A DNA stretch of 64,000 nt from Fimbriosthenelais zetlandica (Eukaryota). Position numbers and translations under genes: made by a program. The stretch lies in contig OZ365115.1 of assembly GCA_977030845.1 (NCBI GenBank), forward strand, positions 11,284,001 to 11,348,000, read 5' to 3'. Positions 58,192-64,000 of this stretch are shown here, piece after piece; positions within the stretch are counted from its first letter, which is position 1; each line of letters opens with the position of its first letter. The notes beneath the pieces were generated by a model, which had not been told where the DNA came from, did no database searches, and was given only the letters and a program-made list of their open reading frames with translations.

Positions 58192-61100
58192 CTGCAACCA
58201 TCAATTTCATTTCTCAGATTTATCACTTGATGGATCTTTGATTATTGTTCCAATTATGTCTCGCCTTGGAGTTTCTTAATACTATCTTAATTCTAAATCC
58301 TTAAATGTAACTTATTACTATAGTTTAATGAATGACGCATGCATCAAATGGTGTTCCTACCTGCCACATGATCGTAGATGTCCCCCTCTGTGATGGTAGC
58401 TTTAGGTTTCCTCACAACATAGGCTCTGGGTACATGGCCGAGGTTTCGGTATGGGACACCGACCACTGCAACATCCTCAACATCTGAGTGTTGCCGAATG
58501 ATTTTCTCCAGTTCCACTGGTGAGAGCTACAAAATGTGAGGTTTAGATCATTCTATGACTCACCAGGTTATGCATAATAAACAGGATTAATAAGACTCAT
58601 ATGTCTTAGTTTTAAGCAGGCATTGGTGCTTGGAATTACATGTACTAACTTTCTTATACTTACAAAGTTCTGATCGCTTTCAATGAGATCTTCCATCTTT
58701 CCAAAAGGAGTTACTAACTCTGATGTGTCTATACACCCAAGATTTCCTGAAGAAAACATAGGCAACAATGTCACAATTGGCGAAAACTAACAGGAAATCA
58801 GTCAGCAATGGGTACCTTACAATGTGCACTAGACTACCATGACCATGGCTGCCCAGTGGAAGAGCACAAGTACCAAAGGCATAATGCATGTTCCCCTGGC
58901 AAGGAACTTAAACATTAAAGATGTATAAGTTCTAAGCTATAATTGATTAAAGTATGTCGAGTACTCACCAGTGTGTAGCCAGCCCTCGTCGTCAATGCCT
59001 GTGTCTTCTGTGTCATCTTTTGTCAAGTAACCCAGCATAACTTGTGGTCCTTTCACACAGATCTCACCATAGGTGTCCGGTTCAACGACACCCCCGAAAA
59101 TGATGTCCATAAACTGGAAAAGATTCAGTCAAGTCTCTTATTCCATAATATTCAATTCACCACAATTTATTCCATATTTCCACGATGAAAATAGTATGAG
59201 AAGAATATTTGTAATCTTTTTTAAAGTCTACAAGTTAATGTCTTCCCCACTTTTTGCAGGGCTTAGCGATAGCCCAACGCACCCCAGCCCAAAAGCCACA
59301 GCGCACATCCAAAATTGAGATCTTGGATCTTCCCTAGTAGCATCAGTAAAAGTACCCACCTTGATTTGTGTGTTGGGGCAGACTTTGCCAGCATATCCCG
59401 GTAAAGTCTCGCCTTTAGTGACGACACACACAGCGCAGGCCTCGTCAATGGCGAAACCCTCTCTAAACTCAGTGACACCTGTCCTCACCATGATTTCACC
59501 TATCACGCCTTCCCTCACAGCTGTGCCGGTGTTGTAGATGCGGCACAGACAGCTCAGATCAGTGGTGTGAACTTCAGGAGCAGAGCTCAGGTACTCTGCC
59601 ATGTGGGTGTTAGTGTGAGCAATCGTCACCTACAAAAATATTTTAGAAAAAATAAAATGGAAGGGAACTTATGCCAATAATAACGTTTGTAACCTCAATA
59701 ATGGCATTAATAGTTTTCGGGATGTCAAAATTTAATGTTAAAAGGTGTTGCCTAACAACTTGTAGGCTACACCTTATATTTCAAAAATAATTCAGGACTA
59801 ATTCCGTTTGGATATCAAAACTGAATCTACAACCTATCCCTGTGGAATTTTGCTTTCCGTAGTTAGCCTTAGGCATAATTATACATGTGCATGATAATAA
59901 ATGTATAGCCTATAAAATAAATCTGCATAATATTAGTTGACATACCTTGTGCGTGGACATTGCCTGTAGGATATTGCTGTATGTAGGCTGGATGATCATA
60001 GTGGCGCCCTCTTTGATCGCAACTCCGCAATAAAATACAAGACCAATCATAGACCACATGGGATGACAACACATAGTGACGTCATTCAACATGACAGGTG
60101 ACAGGTTCCGACAGCTGAAACATACCATCAGTCTTTAAGTAATGGAATCATACGCTCACCTAAACAAGAATTAACTTCAACTTAATGTTGATGTTACTGA
60201 TGTTTGGTCTTACCCCGACTCAGTTTTTTCACTGATTTGGGAAGATCAGTGCAACCAATATTTTAGCCGATAAATAAGTAATACACTCAGAGAATAGAAA
60301 AACCTTTAAGGACAACCCTGAAAAGAAATGTCAATATTTTGAATGATTTGATGAGGGGTTTTAGTGTACTAACCTGAGGATCGCCACGTTAGAGTTGAAG
60401 CTGTGATGGGAATGCATGACGCCCTTGGGTTCACCTTTAATGTCATTGACAAACGTCACGATGCTGACGTCATCAGTGGTGTTTATTTTGGAGTCACTGG
60501 GCACAGAGCGTCCGTCATCTGTCAACATCTCTGCTATTGTCACATGACCACGTAAATGGTTCCCTAGTACAAAAATCTCCTGGAAAAAACAGATAAGCTT
60601 TTTTAAAATTTTATTTTCTACAACCCCAGTGTGATAACTGGGTTATCAAAGGTCAGTCATGCCCCCCACGGGCATGTAAAAAGCCATACATATCTGCCGC
60701 TGTCTATGTCTTTTGTTCATGTCATAATAATGTTAAAATCACGTACAAATGTATTATGATGGACATACCTTTACGCGCCCAATTCTGGAGGCTGCAAACT
60801 TGGCGTCATCCATTTTATCTCTGTCAGCAATGATGTAATCCGGGCAGAGCACTTGAAACTGATGGAAGAGGTCGTCTGAGGGATAAAAACAGTGAGTGAG
60901 AGCGAGAAAAAAAGAGCAAGAAAGAGCAGATTAGGTTGTTTAAACAAATCTTTATCAGAAAGCCTTTATCAGAAAGAATATAAGCCTACATCTTTATATT
61001 CTGATTCATTTGTTTTCAATGTATTTTAAAAGATTATACTAATGACTAGGCCTAATTATTTTTAACAAATTAAACAAATAATCGTCTTCAAACCTGTGTT

Positions 61101-61346
61101 AAGTTCAGGGTCAGCCATGGTGATCGTTCCTCCCAGCACCAGGACAGCGTGGACAATAAGGGGGATCTCAATACTGTTAGGCGAGTAGATACAGACCACG
61201 GGTCTCCGGGGGTAAGGGGTCCCCCTGGTATGACTGTCTCCATTGTCTTCACCCCTCACTCCTCTCTTATATAGGGCGCTCACCAGTCTCCTCACCCCCG
61301 ACACCAGGTTACTGTACAACAAACGCCGGCCAGTCGAGGTGTCTAT
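56126..61346 (-). CDS. 4-coumarate-CoA ligase / luciferase-like ANL-superfamily protein, probably catalytically dead, fused to a long acidic C-terminal tail (9 confident exons)
   Basis: Manually spliced exons, all GT-AG with compatible phases and no stops: 61346-61094, 60875-60769, 60579-60374, 60114-59946, 59629-59360, 59113-58969, 58746-58664, 58526-58361, 58191-56126 (TGA). The translation has ANL hallmarks: [86 protein letters not shown]. Confidence 0.9.
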
Positions 61347-61420
61347 CTGTAAAAATAAATCAACAAAAATGTATAATTATACGTGAGAGACAAGGCATAG
61401 CCTATAGAGTCCACACTCAC

Positions 61421-61440
61421 CAATACTACCACTGTACTGA
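61421..61440 (-). CDS. Probable 20-nt microexon of the ANL-like gene (I-STVVVL)
   Basis: Minus strand: gtttgttttgggtttgtag|tcagtacagtggtagtattg|gtgagt. Phase 1 to 0, which links the upstream ATG exon exactly to exon 61346. Confidence 0.5.
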
Positions 61441-62381
61441 CTACAAACCCAAAACAAACCTATTATAATATAATAGGCGGGCAACCGGGGTTCCCCTTGT
61501 CTCCAAATGAGGTTTTCTGTCCTGTGATTGGACGCTGTATGGTGCTATATGTGTGTGCCAAGGAGGTGTCCCCCTTATAGGCCATCCAGAATTGGTATTG
61601 GATCACAACGACCAAGGCCCATTGATATTATGGACTATTGCTTTGTGTGCTCATGTATTTTCGATCCACCATTGGCTACAGTGGTTTCATCCTTAATTGG
61701 ACTCATCAGGTATAATTATTTCGTTTCCCCGACAGGGGGACGAAATACTGTTCTTGTGTGTCCGTTATAATTGTTGTAGTGAAGTTTTTCTGAAAATCGA
61801 CTTTCTAATAGAGGTAGGAATCTGGTTTCTAGTCACCAGGTAGGGCATGTTAAGAAGTGTTCATAATGTGTGAAATTGACATCATGTGACATCGGGTGAC
61901 ATCACAATGGTGTCATGAATTTTAAAAATGGCAAAATGTAATGGCAGTTTTTTTCAGGTATCTGCCAACCAAAAATCATGGCACTGGTACTAAGTTACAT
62001 GTCTATGATGCTCTATCATTTGATCCCATCATTTGACCTGTGCCCTAATTATTTTTCGTTAATTAGCTAATTAGCATGAAATCATATCAAGCCTGCCTCC
62101 TCCTTAACCGCTCCATAAAGGTGAATCATTAGGCGGCTATCCATTGATTAGAGGCTTCTTGTTAGCATGAAATACTCAATTTTGTAATTGACTATTTTGT
62201 TCCCCACGATAATGACATTTCAAAATGAGGTCATGACATATTTTTGAAAAAAATGATTCAATCTTGAAAAATCATGTACACACGTGCAGAATGGTCAGAT
62301 CTACCTAAATCGAAAATTTGGTGGCAATCCATCAATTATTAAGGGAGTTAGCTAATTTTAAAAAGAATGGGTAAAAGCTAA

Positions 62382-62465
62382 GCCAGAGGCAGGATTTGAA
62401 CCCATGCTGAAGAAAGTACCATTGGACTGACAGACCAGCAATCTACCTAACTGAGCTATCTTGGC
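62382..62465 (-). pseudogene. tRNA-like element (pseudo-tRNA or tRNA-derived SINE head)
   Basis: GCCAAGATAGCTCAGTTAGGTAGA...GGTTCAAATCCTGCCTCTGGC: A box, B box and a partial acceptor stem, but a mispaired anticodon arm. Confidence 0.6.
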
Positions 62466-62589
62466 TAATGCGTATAGACATGGTTTTTAACTGGGTGACA
62501 CTTGATCTGTGGTGGATGGGAGCTATTTAGCACATGAATAACTCATGAAATAAACAGCCCACTATCTAATTAGCATATTCTAGGGTAAG

Positions 62590-63290
62590 GGTAAATTATT
62601 AAAGGCTACCCTATTATAGGCCAGTGTCTTATAGGCTGACCTATTGTAGGATTGCTGGCATGTCAAACCAAAGGTATTTCTACAGTGTGGGTTCAAATCC
62701 TAGCCTATTATAAGATATTCATTTATAGGCTGGCCTATTGAGGCTAGCAATTACTAGGTCAGCCTATTGTTGTATGCTAGCCTATTTATAGTGCCAGGGT
62801 CAATAGCTAAGCCTATTTTAGGTTAAGAGATAATAGGCAAGCCTATCATAGGCTACCCTTTTATAGGCCAGCCTATTGTTATATGCCAGGGTCAATAGCT
62901 TAGCCTATTTTAGGGTAGGAGAGAATAGGTTGGCTTATTGTAGGCTAGTCTGTTAGAGGCTGGCCTATTGATATATGCTAGCCTATTTATAGTCTCAGCA
63001 TAAATAGCTTAGCCTATTTTAGGGTAAGGGTTAACAGCCTAATATAGGCTGGCTTTTTATAGGCTAGCCTATGGTCATGTGCCCTTGCCTATATTCCAGC
63101 CTATGCATAGTGCCAGGGTCAACAGGCTGAGCTGAGCATCTGAATGATGCATGAGCCTAGTACAGGCTGGCTTTTCATAGGCTAGCTTATGGTCATGTAT
63201 CCTAGCCTATATTCTAGCCTAGATATTGCTTTACCCTAGCCTATATGCTTAGTGCCAGGGTCAATAGACTAAAATATTTAATGGCTTTTG
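62590..63290. repeat. Degenerate satellite of ATAGGCTAGCCTAT-type quasi-palindromes
   Basis: Repeated TAGGCT/AGCCTA motifs. GCCAGGGTCAAYAG recurs at about 62793, 62885, 63113, 63255; an outlier lies near 63685-63720. Confidence 0.8.
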
Positions 63291-63318
63291 GTAGACCTGT
63301 GAGACACAGAGAACTCAC

Positions 63319-63371
63319 TACAGCTTTTCACCATGGTGTTTGAGAGGACCAGCGTCTTTACTAAGTCACCT
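63319..63371 (-). CDS. Probable start-codon exon of the ANL-like gene (ATG at 63334, MVKSC)
   Basis: ctgtttgctttgtag|...aacaccATGGTGAAAAGCTGTA|gtgagt. Strong ACC-ATG-G context and a phase-1 end compatible with the 20-nt exon. The frame is also open upstream of the ATG, so a further 5' coding exon is possible. Confidence 0.45.
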
Positions 63372-64000
63372 CTACAAAGCAAACAGCGAAAGAAATTGAT
63401 TTAATGGTGAATATACAATCAACATATTAAATAATATTTTATTCATACATCGAGAAGACATATAGCAGGAAATTGAAAGCACATTAATAAAAGAGTTCTT
63501 GTGTTCCCAATCTATATTATATGAGGCACCCTCCTTTGTCACTTTAGGTTACTATTAGATCGAGATAGTGGTGTAGAAATCATCCACCAGGTGCAGAAGC
63601 GGAAATCCCAACCAACTTCTTGAATGCTGAAGATCACTAACTACTCTCATCAGAAAGTATCAATAGAAAGTGTCAATAGCTTCTATAGGCAAGCCTATTG
63701 TTATATACTAGCCTATTTGTAGATTCACACATATCAGGCATGACTATCCCATGTTCCTCTAGTTTCCCTGCCCCCTTATCATGAACACAAGGGAAACGAA
63801 ATATCACTTATTGCTAGTTTGGTAGGTGTACTCGAGACCAGGGATTATATTCTTGGCCTCTCAGTGGTCCCCCATATATGTAATCGATTTGTATATATAT
63901 ATGGGTAGCACCTGGTTATAAATCTACATATACAGCTAGATTGTTTCTAGTAGTAGTATATTGATATTAGAAGTATAGAGTGGTTCGATAACTTGTAACC

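Noticed and set aside
58085-61346. Calling the ANL gene a bioluminescence luciferase
   Set aside because: Similarity is only at family level and the catalytic residues required for luciferyl-adenylate formation are absent.

Overview
AT-rich, intron-containing animal genomic DNA, most likely a marine invertebrate (echinoderm-like; inference from sequence style only). No prokaryotic features and no CRISPR. Right end (56.1-63.3 kb, minus strand): a multi-exon gene for a 4-coumarate-CoA-ligase/firefly-luciferase-like ANL adenylate-forming protein. Nine GT-AG exons join in frame and two small 5' exons are probable (about 1,166 aa in total). All five core adenylation motifs carry disabling substitutions, and the fold is fused to a ~650-aa acidic disordered tail, so it looks like a maintained pseudoenzyme. 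The left ~54 kb is almost entirely non-coding but appears to be the 5' part of a second, very long minus-strand gene. It has two frame-preserving exons (46723-46812, 9424-9516), a candidate promoter and first exon near 47.9 kb, candidate microexons, three strong AG|GT recursive-splice-like junctions, and many motif clusters (RFX X-boxes, ETS-CRE, E-boxes, nuclear-receptor half-sites, CTCF-like sites, an unexplained GGGCGATAAT motif). Also present: one intact tRNA-Trp(CCA), tRNA-derived SINE-like heads, a minisatellite built from tRNA 5' halves, other tandem repeats and polypurine tracts. Everything was read by eye; no searches were run.
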